Shown here piece after piece: positions 25,165 through 32,000 of a stretch of 32,000 nucleotides of DNA. Source of the DNA: Candidatus Iainarchaeum sp. (GTDB taxonomy: Archaea > Iainarchaeota > Iainarchaeia > Iainarchaeales > VGJJ01); NCBI GenBank assembly GCA_030688545.1, contig JAUYHT010000002.1, forward strand, positions 60,001-92,000. Reading direction: 5' to 3'. The position numbers and the translations under genes were made by a program. Within the stretch, counting starts at the first letter, position 1. The number at the start of each line of letters is the position of its first letter. The notes under the pieces are model-generated. The model was not told the origin of the DNA. It searched no databases and saw only the letters and a list, made by a program, of their open reading frames with translations.

Positions 25165-25809
25165 TCACCCGGTCGGCCATTTCCGGCGCACGTTCTTTTG
25201 GGGTATGGCTTTTTTCAGGTTATAGGTTATTTCCACCCGGTAAATGGGCGACCCCGATAAATTCTGCGTTATTGCGGTCTTGCGACGTTTATGCTCAAAA
25301 GGCATCTGTTTTTTCTCCCGGATAGAATAACCGAATTCCTGCGCCAGACGGTATATTGTGGCCATGAATTCCTCCGATTCCGTGGTGAAAAAAAGTTTGC
25401 CATTGGGGATCAAAACCAAAGGGAAATTTTGGAAAAGATTCCTTATTTCTCTTTCAAAATGATTTCGCCCCACTCTTTTTCCATTCCTAAAATAGGCATT
25501 TGGCATATCCAGATTAAGGTGGCGGGTTTTCCATCCGTGGCGTATCATGGTTCGTAAGAAATGGCGTATCGAAACGGGAAAAAAACGAATCGAGCCGGGA
25601 TGTGTTTGCGTGGGAATATGGGATAGATTCCTGTCCCTCCTGTACCGCATGTCCACCGCCGCATATTTCCGGGATGGAAATCGGGCGGCCTGTTCTAAGG
25701 CATAACGAGCGCCCCCGGCACCCAAATCGATAGTCTGAAAATGAGGCGTTGGATCGTGGAAGGGTCGGCGGGAGGGTCGAATGTTTCTTTTGGAAGGATG
25801 GGCTGGCAT
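25165..25809 (-). CDS. Class I SAM-dependent methyltransferase (TrmB-like fold, tentative)
   Basis: A start at M15 (25809) lies 2 nt after the lpd stop. Motif I is IDLGAGGARYALEQA, followed by AAVDM, and LNLDMPNAYF resembles the post-motif of Methyltransf_4 enzymes. Confidence 0.5.
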   Translation of the reverse strand: MPAHPSKRNIRPSRRPFHDPTPHFQTIDLGAGGARYALEQAARFPSRKYAAVDMRYRRDRNLSHIPTQTHPGSIRFFPVSIRHFLRTMIRHGWKTRHLNLDMPNAYFRNGKRVGRNHFEREIRNLFQNFPLVLIPNGKLFFTTESEEFMATIYRLAQEFGYSIREKKQMPFEHKRRKTAITQNLSGSPIYRVEITYNLKKAIPQKNVRRKWPTG

Positions 25810-25811
25810 AC

Positions 25812-27251
25812 TCAGGATTTTCCCTTCTTCTGGAGGGGTAGGTGGACGCATTTCCCTAAGGCATCCTCGACCGCCTCCAGAATGGCCTCATTATAAGTAG
25901 GGTGCGGGTGGATGGTGCCCGCCAGGTCTTCGAGGCGCGCGCCCATCTCCAGAGCCAAACCTATTTCAGCAATCATGTCGCTGGCATGCGCCCCCACGAT
26001 GATTCCACCTAATAGTACATGGGAGGAAGGGTCTCCTAACACTTGCACAAAGCCCTCGGGGCGGTTGGCCCCCAGGGAGCGGCCTGAAAAGGCATATGGA
26101 AACATTCCTGAAATGAATGCGCGGCCCTGCTGAATCGCCTCGTTCTCCTGCAACCCCACCCACGCAATCTCGGGATCTGAATAGATGACGGCCGGGCATA
26201 CCTGCGCGTCGAATGCGGAGGGCAATCCCGCACACACTTCTGCGGCGACCTTTCCCATGTACATAGCGCGGTGGGCGAGCTGGGGGTTTCCCGTAATGTC
26301 GCCAATGGCCAAGATGGAGGGGTCGGAGGTGTAACATCTTTCATCCACGCCCACGAAACCTTTTTCATCCATTTTCACTTGGGTGTGTTCCAATCCTAAA
26401 CTTTCTACACTTGGAGAGCGACCAATGGCCACCAGAATTTTTTCGAATGGCACATTTTCTTTTACCCCTTCCTTGGTCTCCAAACCTAACACTACACCCC
26501 CCGATTCACGTTCATGAGAATGCACCTCAGTGTTCTTCCAGAAAGTAACTCCAAATGTTTCCAAACGCTTCTGGATAATATTCCCCACGCGAGGATGAAT
26601 ATTATTGAGAATGGTGGGCGAGCGATGGATTAAGGTTACTTTGCTTCCTAATTTCTGGAACGTGTGCGCCATCTCCATGGCAATATAGCCTGATCCCACG
26701 ATAGCCAATGAGGAAGGGATTTTTTCCAAATCGAGCAACTCGCGCGAGGAGAGAATAGTTTCCCCATCGAATGGGAGAGAGGGAAGGGCATTCTCTTTAG
26801 CTCCCGTGGCGATGATAATGCGGTCGGCGGTTAAGGATACCGTGTCGTGGGCCTGCTCAATATGAAGGGAATGCGAATCCAGAAAAGACGCTTTTCCTTC
26901 CACGATTTCCACTCCCGCTTTGGCGCAGAGTGTTTCTATTCCCTTCGTCAGATTGGCAATTACTTTTCTCTTGAATGTTTGGGCTTTCGCCATGTCCAAG
27001 GTTGCCAGGGAAACATCGATGCCCAATTCTTTGGAATGCGTGCAGTCCCAGAATACATTCGCGGTGTGGATGAGGGACTTTGAAGGAATGCACCCATGAT
27101 GAAGACACAACCCCCCCACTCCCTGGGGTTCCATCTCGATGAGCGCCACGTTCTTTCCCAACTGCCCTGCCCGGATGGCCGCCACATACCCTCCGGGGCC
27201 TGAACCAATGACCGCCACCTCCACGTGCTCGGACATTTCCCCAACGACCAT
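25812..27251 (-). CDS. lpdA: Dihydrolipoamide dehydrogenase (E3)
   Basis: Motifs are VAVIGSGPGGYVAAIRAGQLG (FAD), the redox disulfide GGLCLHHGCIPSK, IVGSGYIAMEMA (NAD) and a C-terminal HPHPT. The start is probably M63 (27251) or M68 (27236) of the track ORF. Confidence 0.9.
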   Translation of the reverse strand: MVVGEMSEHVEVAVIGSGPGGYVAAIRAGQLGKNVALIEMEPQGVGGLCLHHGCIPSKSLIHTANVFWDCTHSKELGIDVSLATLDMAKAQTFKRKVIANLTKGIETLCAKAGVEIVEGKASFLDSHSLHIEQAHDTVSLTADRIIIATGAKENALPSLPFDGETILSSRELLDLEKIPSSLAIVGSGYIAMEMAHTFQKLGSKVTLIHRSPTILNNIHPRVGNIIQKRLETFGVTFWKNTEVHSHERESGGVVLGLETKEGVKENVPFEKILVAIGRSPSVESLGLEHTQVKMDEKGFVGVDERCYTSDPSILAIGDITGNPQLAHRAMYMGKVAAEVCAGLPSAFDAQVCPAVIYSDPEIAWVGLQENEAIQQGRAFISGMFPYAFSGRSLGANRPEGFVQVLGDPSSHVLLGGIIVGAHASDMIAEIGLALEMGARLEDLAGTIHPHPTYNEAILEAVEDALGKCVHLPLQKKGKS

Positions 27252-27329
27252 AGCCCTGGAAACGGGAATTGGATTAATAAGGGTTGGCGGATTTGGATTT
27301 TTTTGTTCTTCTAAAGGAAAGAAAATCTT

Positions 27330-28088
27330 ATGCGAAATCGAAAACCAACCTCCAAAGTAAAAAAGAAAAAATCCGCGTACTATTCCGGAATGGGTTGGTA
27401 TCGGGGAGATTATTACCGAAAGGGACAACCTTTCCAAACCTTATTGGCTGACCCATTGACCTGGTCACCATTGGCAACCAAAAGCATGGTCAAACAGGTT
27501 ATGGATTATTTTCAAATTCACCTTCCCAACCCTAAAAATGCTACCGCATTGGAAATAGGCCCAGGAACCATTCCTATTGCTTCCCTTTTTCCTTTCAAAC
27601 GAATCGTGTATTTGGATCAAAGCCTGGCCATATTGAAAAAGTTGCCCAAGCGGGTATTACCTCATTTCGAAAGGAAAAAACACGTTTCATTTACCGAATT
27701 GGATCAGGGTAGATCACGCCGCGTGGTGGGGGATGTCCGACACCTGCCCATCCAGGGGCATTTCGATTTCGTTATCATGAATGAAGTATTGACCCACGTT
27801 CAACCCGCACGAAGACTCAAAACCATCCAAGATCTGGCATCCAAAACCCATTCCTTCCTCATTATTGATCGCTTGCAAAAACCATTGGGTATCATCCGAA
27901 ATTTTTTCACCACTTCGGATCAATTAACCCACGCCCAACGCCGGCAAGCAAGAAAAATCCAAGCGACTTTTGTTCGGTTCAAACCCATTATGGATTATTT
28001 GACCAAAAACGGATGGATTATTCACACGCAAAAAGTGAAACGAGGAACCACCACCTATATTATCATTTCCGCCACGCGCCAAAAATAA
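27330..28088 (+). CDS. Class I SAM-dependent methyltransferase, hypothetical substrate
   Basis: 252 aa with motif I ALEIGPGT, then YLDQS, then VVGDVRHLP ... FDFVIMNEVLTHV. GC is lower than the backbone. The start is uncertain (later Met codons exist). Confidence 0.6.
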   Translation: MRNRKPTSKVKKKKSAYYSGMGWYRGDYYRKGQPFQTLLADPLTWSPLATKSMVKQVMDYFQIHLPNPKNATALEIGPGTIPIASLFPFKRIVYLDQSLAILKKLPKRVLPHFERKKHVSFTELDQGRSRRVVGDVRHLPIQGHFDFVIMNEVLTHVQPARRLKTIQDLASKTHSFLIIDRLQKPLGIIRNFFTTSDQLTHAQRRQARKIQATFVRFKPIMDYLTKNGWIIHTQKVKRGTTTYIIISATRQK

Positions 28089-28248
28089 TTTTATAATAAT
28101 CGTATGGAAATCACGTGCTGTGGGGCCAATCCCTATGTTTGGATTTATTCGGAACGCGCCATCTCATACTCTGTCACCTTTTTCTGTTTAATAAAGAGGA
28201 TGGAACCTTATCCAAAAGCTTTTAAAGAATGTAATACATTGTAATACT

Positions 28249-28542
28249 ATGGCTTCAGATGCGGATATTGTTACCATTCGATTCGAAGAGGATGCCCGCC
28301 GGCAGATCGAGACATTCGCCCGGGACAAACGGAAAACCAAATCGGACGTCATCCGGAAGGCGACCATGGATCTCATCCGACGCGAAAATGAGCGTGATGA
28401 GATCAGGGAAATCATCTCCCAAAAATTCGGCGAGGGAAAAATATCATTTGATGAGATGGTGCGGGTCCTCGGGTATGAGGATGCCAAGGAGGTCGCCTTC
28501 TATATTGATATTCTAGAGAAATCGCTCCGGGACGGATTATGA
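28249..28542 (+). CDS. Antitoxin-like protein: ribbon-helix-helix (CopG-like) N-terminus plus UPF0175-like C-terminus
   Basis: 97 aa. DIVTIRFEEDARRQIETFARDKRKTKSDVIRKATMDLI fits a beta-alpha-alpha RHH. GEGKISFDEMVRVLGYEDAKEVAFYIDILEKS resembles UPF0175 antitoxins. The stop abuts the next start (TGAATG). Confidence 0.6.
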   Translation: MASDADIVTIRFEEDARRQIETFARDKRKTKSDVIRKATMDLIRRENERDEIREIISQKFGEGKISFDEMVRVLGYEDAKEVAFYIDILEKSLRDGL

Positions 28543-29064
28543 ATGACACGATTGGTAGTGGATACATCGGCCCTCATCTCCTTGTCCTATAGCGGGCGTT
28601 TGAAGGGGGTCTGCGCCCATTTCGAAATCAATATCCCCTCATCCGTTAAAGACGAATTGAAAGAGATGGCCGTTTACTCCGATCACCTTTCAAAAATGGC
28701 TAAAGAAAGCTTGGCATTGATTACCCAGAAGAAAATACGATTGCACGATAAAAAAATCACCACCTATTCCGATAGACACATTACCCCAAAAATTGATCAT
28801 GGCGAGGCCGCGTGCTTTGAACTGGCATTGGTCCAAAAGATTCCCCACCTGATATTAGATGACATCTCGGCGGCCCATGGATTATCGGTTTCCCCATTCT
28901 CCAAGAAAATTGACCTAAAACTCTCCGTTGCCTTGTTAGTAAGTCTCCACACCCAAAAAAAGATTACCAAGTCAGAATTGCAAAAAAGCCTGCGCGCCAT
29001 GATCCAGAATAGGAAATGGGGAAAATCCGCCATGGAACGGGCGATACAAAAATATTTCGATTAA
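28543..29064 (+). CDS. PIN-like nuclease toxin (DUF3368/PIN_3-like, COG2405 type)
   Basis: 173 aa with LVVDTSALISL at the N-terminus and HGEAACFELALVQKIPHLILDDISAAHGL, matching the GEaeai.la.e...llllDD..AR pattern. Confidence 0.65.
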   Translation: MTRLVVDTSALISLSYSGRLKGVCAHFEINIPSSVKDELKEMAVYSDHLSKMAKESLALITQKKIRLHDKKITTYSDRHITPKIDHGEAACFELALVQKIPHLILDDISAAHGLSVSPFSKKIDLKLSVALLVSLHTQKKITKSELQKSLRAMIQNRKWGKSAMERAIQKYFD

Positions 29065-29113
29065 GATTAAAGGAAAACTGATTGCATCGAATCTCCTTAT
29101 TTAAGAGGGGATT

Positions 29114-30553
29114 TCACACCACATCCACCAAGAACAACCCCGGGTCTTCCAGATGCTGGATGATTTCATTGGTGAAGCGTACGGCCTGCGCCCCGTCCAC
29201 GAGGCGGTGGTCGAAGGTGAGGGAGAGGGACACCAGATGACGGGGGACTATTTTTCCATCTTTCATAACGGGTTTCTCCTGGATCTTCCCTATTCCCAGG
29301 ATGGCGGCCTCCGGCCAATTGATGACGGGAGTGGAATAGGTGCCCCCGAGCGTGCCGATATTGGTTAGCGTGAAGGTGCTTCCTTTCAAATCTTCGGGGG
29401 CGGTTTTGCGTTCCCGGGTGCGGGCGGCCATGTCCTGCATTTCCTTCGCCAATTGGGCAATGGACTTTTTGTCCACGTCCCGGATCACGGGGACAATGAG
29501 ACCTTCCTCCGTGTCCACGGCGATGCCGATATGGTAATATTTCTTGTACACCACTTCCTGCCGCGCATCATCAATGCTCGCATTCAAAATGGGATGGTTT
29601 TGGAGCGCGGCCGCCACGGCCTTGGCGATGAAGGGGAGAAAGGTGAGTTTAATTCCTTTCTTTTCAAGTATTTTTTTCTCCTTATTGCGCAAGGCCACGA
29701 GCGCGGTGACATCACATTCATCCATATGGGTTACTTGGACCGCGGTGAACATGCTCTTCACCATCCGATCGGAAATGACTTTTCGCAATCCTTTGATGGG
29801 CACCCGCTCTTCCTCCCCTTCTGTTTTCCACGCCGGAATAGTAGCATCCGGGTGGGCGAGGGGGGATATTGCATGCGTACCCTGTTGAGTTTCGATCGTA
29901 TTTTTCGGATGCACCTGGGATAAACCCTGAGCAGGAGTATCCTCCCCGGGTTGGGGTCGCCGGGACACGGGAATGGCAGCCGTTCCGGTTGCACTTTGTA
30001 AGGAGGCGGCATCCTGGACATCGGTGTCCGTTATTCGTCCTTGGGGGCCGGTGCCTTTTACTTTTTGGATATCCACATTCAACGAACGTGCGAGTTGGCG
30101 CGTGGCGGGGGTGGCAAGCACCGGGGCATTCGCGGGCGAGGAAAGGGGAGGGGTTTGGGATTTTTCAGGAAGAGGAGGCGGCGTTTTGGGAGGAAGCGGA
30201 ACGGATGTTTTTTTTCCGGTGGCGGGTGCGGGGGAAACAGGAGAAGAGGGAGCGGTAGACGCGGGGGCAGGGGTTGCGGGGGTAGCAGCAGGGGAGGGAG
30301 AACCTGCTTGCTCCCCGGCCTCGCCGATGGTTGCCAACACGCTCCCCACTTTGATGAGCTCGCCGGGTTTCCCGTACAGCTTGAGAATAACTCCTGCTTT
30401 GGGCGCGGGTATTTCCACCACGGCCTTGTCGGTTTCTATCTCCGCAATGGCCTGGTCGACCTTAATGGTTTCGCCCTCCTTCACCAGCCACTTGATGAGG
30501 GTTCCTTCGGTTGTACCCTCCCCCACATCCGGAAACTTGAAATCGTACGGCAT
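29114..30553 (-). CDS. Dihydrolipoamide acyltransferase (E2) of a 2-oxoacid dehydrogenase complex
   Basis: The start is M5 (MPYDFKFPDVGEG). It has a lipoyl domain (AEIETDKAVVEIPAP), a Pro/Ala/Ser linker, a subunit-binding domain (ATPATRQLARSLNVDIQKVKGTGPQGRIT) and a catalytic domain with DHRLVDG. Confidence 0.9.
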   Translation of the reverse strand: MPYDFKFPDVGEGTTEGTLIKWLVKEGETIKVDQAIAEIETDKAVVEIPAPKAGVILKLYGKPGELIKVGSVLATIGEAGEQAGSPSPAATPATPAPASTAPSSPVSPAPATGKKTSVPLPPKTPPPLPEKSQTPPLSSPANAPVLATPATRQLARSLNVDIQKVKGTGPQGRITDTDVQDAASLQSATGTAAIPVSRRPQPGEDTPAQGLSQVHPKNTIETQQGTHAISPLAHPDATIPAWKTEGEEERVPIKGLRKVISDRMVKSMFTAVQVTHMDECDVTALVALRNKEKKILEKKGIKLTFLPFIAKAVAAALQNHPILNASIDDARQEVVYKKYYHIGIAVDTEEGLIVPVIRDVDKKSIAQLAKEMQDMAARTRERKTAPEDLKGSTFTLTNIGTLGGTYSTPVINWPEAAILGIGKIQEKPVMKDGKIVPRHLVSLSLTFDHRLVDGAQAVRFTNEIIQHLEDPGLFLVDVV

Positions 30554-30607
30554 AGGTATCCTCATCCGGACGGCGAATAAAAAGGGTGATGGAACGGCCC
30601 GGTGTTT

Positions 30608-31270
30608 TTATCCGGTCGTTTCGGTCTGGTAGCGTAAATAGGAATAGGCGATTAGGTAGAGGACGATGGCCAGGAGAGGAAGGAAGAAGGTCTGGAATGG
30701 ATTGTCGGGGAAAAAGGACGTGATCAAGGCGAGGAACCCCAAGAGCATAAACAATTTTCCCCCGCGGGCATGCACGTCCCGCCACACCTTGGTGTTTGCC
30801 AAAGTCCAGGGCGTGCGGATCCCGAACAACCAATTGGGAGTAACTCGCTCCAGCATTTTACCCAGGATGAGGAACAGCATTCCAATTCCAACGAATACCC
30901 ATTGGGAGACCGAGAAGACGTGTCCCAGGTTCCAGGCGATGGTTCCCAATTGAACCAAAATGAGGAAAACGAGAAAAACGAGGATGAACCCATGCAACTC
31001 CGGAGGATACAGGGGGAGTGTCCCCACTTTGGACGTTGATTTACGGGTGACCAACCAATAATATCCGGCGGTGAAAATACCCATGATGAAGGGAAGAAGG
31101 AAAAGACCCACATCCTTGGGCATGCTCCCGTCCGGTTGCCCCGCGGCATTCCAATGCGTCACCATGGTGTCGGGAACACTGGGATAAAAATAAAGGCTCA
31201 CCAGAAAAGCCGCGAGAACGAGCGCAGCCCCCGCATACAAGGAAAAGCGCACGGCGGAATGGGCAAGCAT
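30608..31270 (-). CDS. SdpI/YhfL-family membrane protein with an N-terminal DUF1648-like segment
   Basis: 220 aa with VPDTMVTHWNAAGQPDGSMPK and NWLFGIRTPWTLANTKVWRDVHARGGK, and about 6 TM helices. Confidence 0.75.
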   Translation of the reverse strand: MLAHSAVRFSLYAGAALVLAAFLVSLYFYPSVPDTMVTHWNAAGQPDGSMPKDVGLFLLPFIMGIFTAGYYWLVTRKSTSKVGTLPLYPPELHGFILVFLVFLILVQLGTIAWNLGHVFSVSQWVFVGIGMLFLILGKMLERVTPNWLFGIRTPWTLANTKVWRDVHARGGKLFMLLGFLALITSFFPDNPFQTFFLPLLAIVLYLIAYSYLRYQTETTG

Positions 31271-31353
31271 TCCCCAAATGGGATGTTCCGGAGAATAAAA
31301 GAGGACCTATTCCTTTTTTGGATGGGGGATTAAACCTCCCCCAGATGAACCCA

Positions 31354-32000
31354 TCAAAACCGCATGACATCCTGGATAGCGGCATAGATGCGGTCGGCGT
31401 GGGGGATGAAGTGCTCTTCATTCTTGAGCAGGGGCATGATGGTGTCAAATCCGGTGACGCGGCGCACGGGAGCTTCTAATGACAGGAGATCATTCTCAAG
31501 AATGCGGGCCATGACCTCGGAGGCCAACCCCAATGTCTGGGGGGCTTCCTGGGCGATGACACAGCGACCGGTTTTCCGTACACTTTTATGGATGATATCC
31601 CAGTCAATGGGAGAAAGGGTGCGGAGATCAATGAGTTCAATGGACCATTTCTCATTCTGGGAAATGGTTTCCAATGCTTCCTTACACGCTAGGGTCATGG
31701 TGCCCCAGGTGATGAGGGTAATATCTTCCCCAGGTTGACGGATGAATGCTTCCCCGAGGGGAGTGGCATACTGTTCCTCGGGCACCTCTTCCTTGAAAGC
31801 TCGGTAGAGACGCAGGGGCTCTAGAAATATCACGGGATCCTTCTCCCGCATGGATGAGGTCAACAAACCTTTAGCATCCGTGGGAGTGGAGGGCATCACC
31901 ACTTTCAACCCAGGAGTATGGATGTAGTAGGCTTCCGAACTCTCAGAATGGTGCTCGGGCGCTTTCACCCCACCCGAACAGGGGGTGCGCACCACTAATG
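31354..32000 (-). CDS. 2-oxoacid dehydrogenase E1 component, beta subunit (5' end lies beyond the window)
   Basis: The frame is open to the window edge. SESSEAYYIHTPGLKVVMPSTPTDAKGLLTSSMREKDPVIFLEP is typical of E1-beta, and a C-terminal transketolase-C-like domain is present. Confidence 0.85.
   Translation of the reverse strand, partial: LVVRTPCSGGVKAPEHHSESSEAYYIHTPGLKVVMPSTPTDAKGLLTSSMREKDPVIFLEPLRLYRAFKEEVPEEQYATPLGEAFIRQPGEDITLITWGTMTLACKEALETISQNEKWSIELIDLRTLSPIDWDIIHKSVRKTGRCVIAQEAPQTLGLASEVMARILENDLLSLEAPVRRVTGFDTIMPLLKNEEHFIPHADRIYAAIQDVMRF

Noticed and set aside
29153-30632. Plus-strand ORFs of 65-219 aa antisense to the E2 gene, including Gly/Arg-rich 179-aa and 219-aa frames
   Set aside because: They overlap a gene with unmistakable lipoyl, subunit-binding and catalytic (DHRLVDG) domains. 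The Gly/Arg-rich stretches are the complement of the Pro/Ala linker.

Overview
Archaeal chromosomal fragment. The evidence is an archaeal-type 16S rRNA, ribosomal proteins eL40 and eL41, DGGGP synthase, a family-B DNA polymerase and a COG1395-type regulator. The divergent 16S, the tight gene packing and the unlinked rRNA gene suggest a DPANN-like or other deep-branching lineage, but that placement is low confidence. Hand counts of single 60-nt lines give a backbone of roughly 50-60% GC, interrupted by several islands of about 27-40% GC. Contents, left to right: (1) a quinone-related cluster of a PAS-MenA fusion, a short polyprenyl synthase, an AT-rich SDR and DoxX; (2) a secreted protein with tandem subtilisin-propeptide-like domains; (3) an accessory stretch holding an AT-rich membrane protein, a very basic small protein, two orphan ORFs, an NYN nuclease and a family-B polymerase with degenerate exonuclease, motif B and motif C; (4) a minus-strand run encoding a secreted lectin-like protein, membrane proteins, an arrestin/Spo0M-like protein and a stand-alone PolB-type 3'-5' exonuclease; (5) a lipoprotein; (6) an AT-rich Doc-toxin cassette lying directly downstream of a solitary 16S rRNA gene; (7) eL41, tRNA-Glu(UUC) and an eL40-DGGGPS-HTH regulator-Pcm operon; (8) a lipoylation and 2-oxoacid dehydrogenase locus (split LplB/LplA, E3, E2, E1-beta) interrupted by methyltransferases, a PIN toxin-antitoxin pair and an SdpI-like membrane protein. 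The observation I rank highest is a 12-13 nt motif present three times. One inverted pair flanks the 16S gene and is a candidate pre-rRNA stem. A third, direct copy lies beyond the Doc cassette, so the toxin module sits exactly between two copies of the rRNA trailer element. No CRISPR array or recognisable transposase or integrase was seen. All homology calls come from motif recognition by eye, not from searches.
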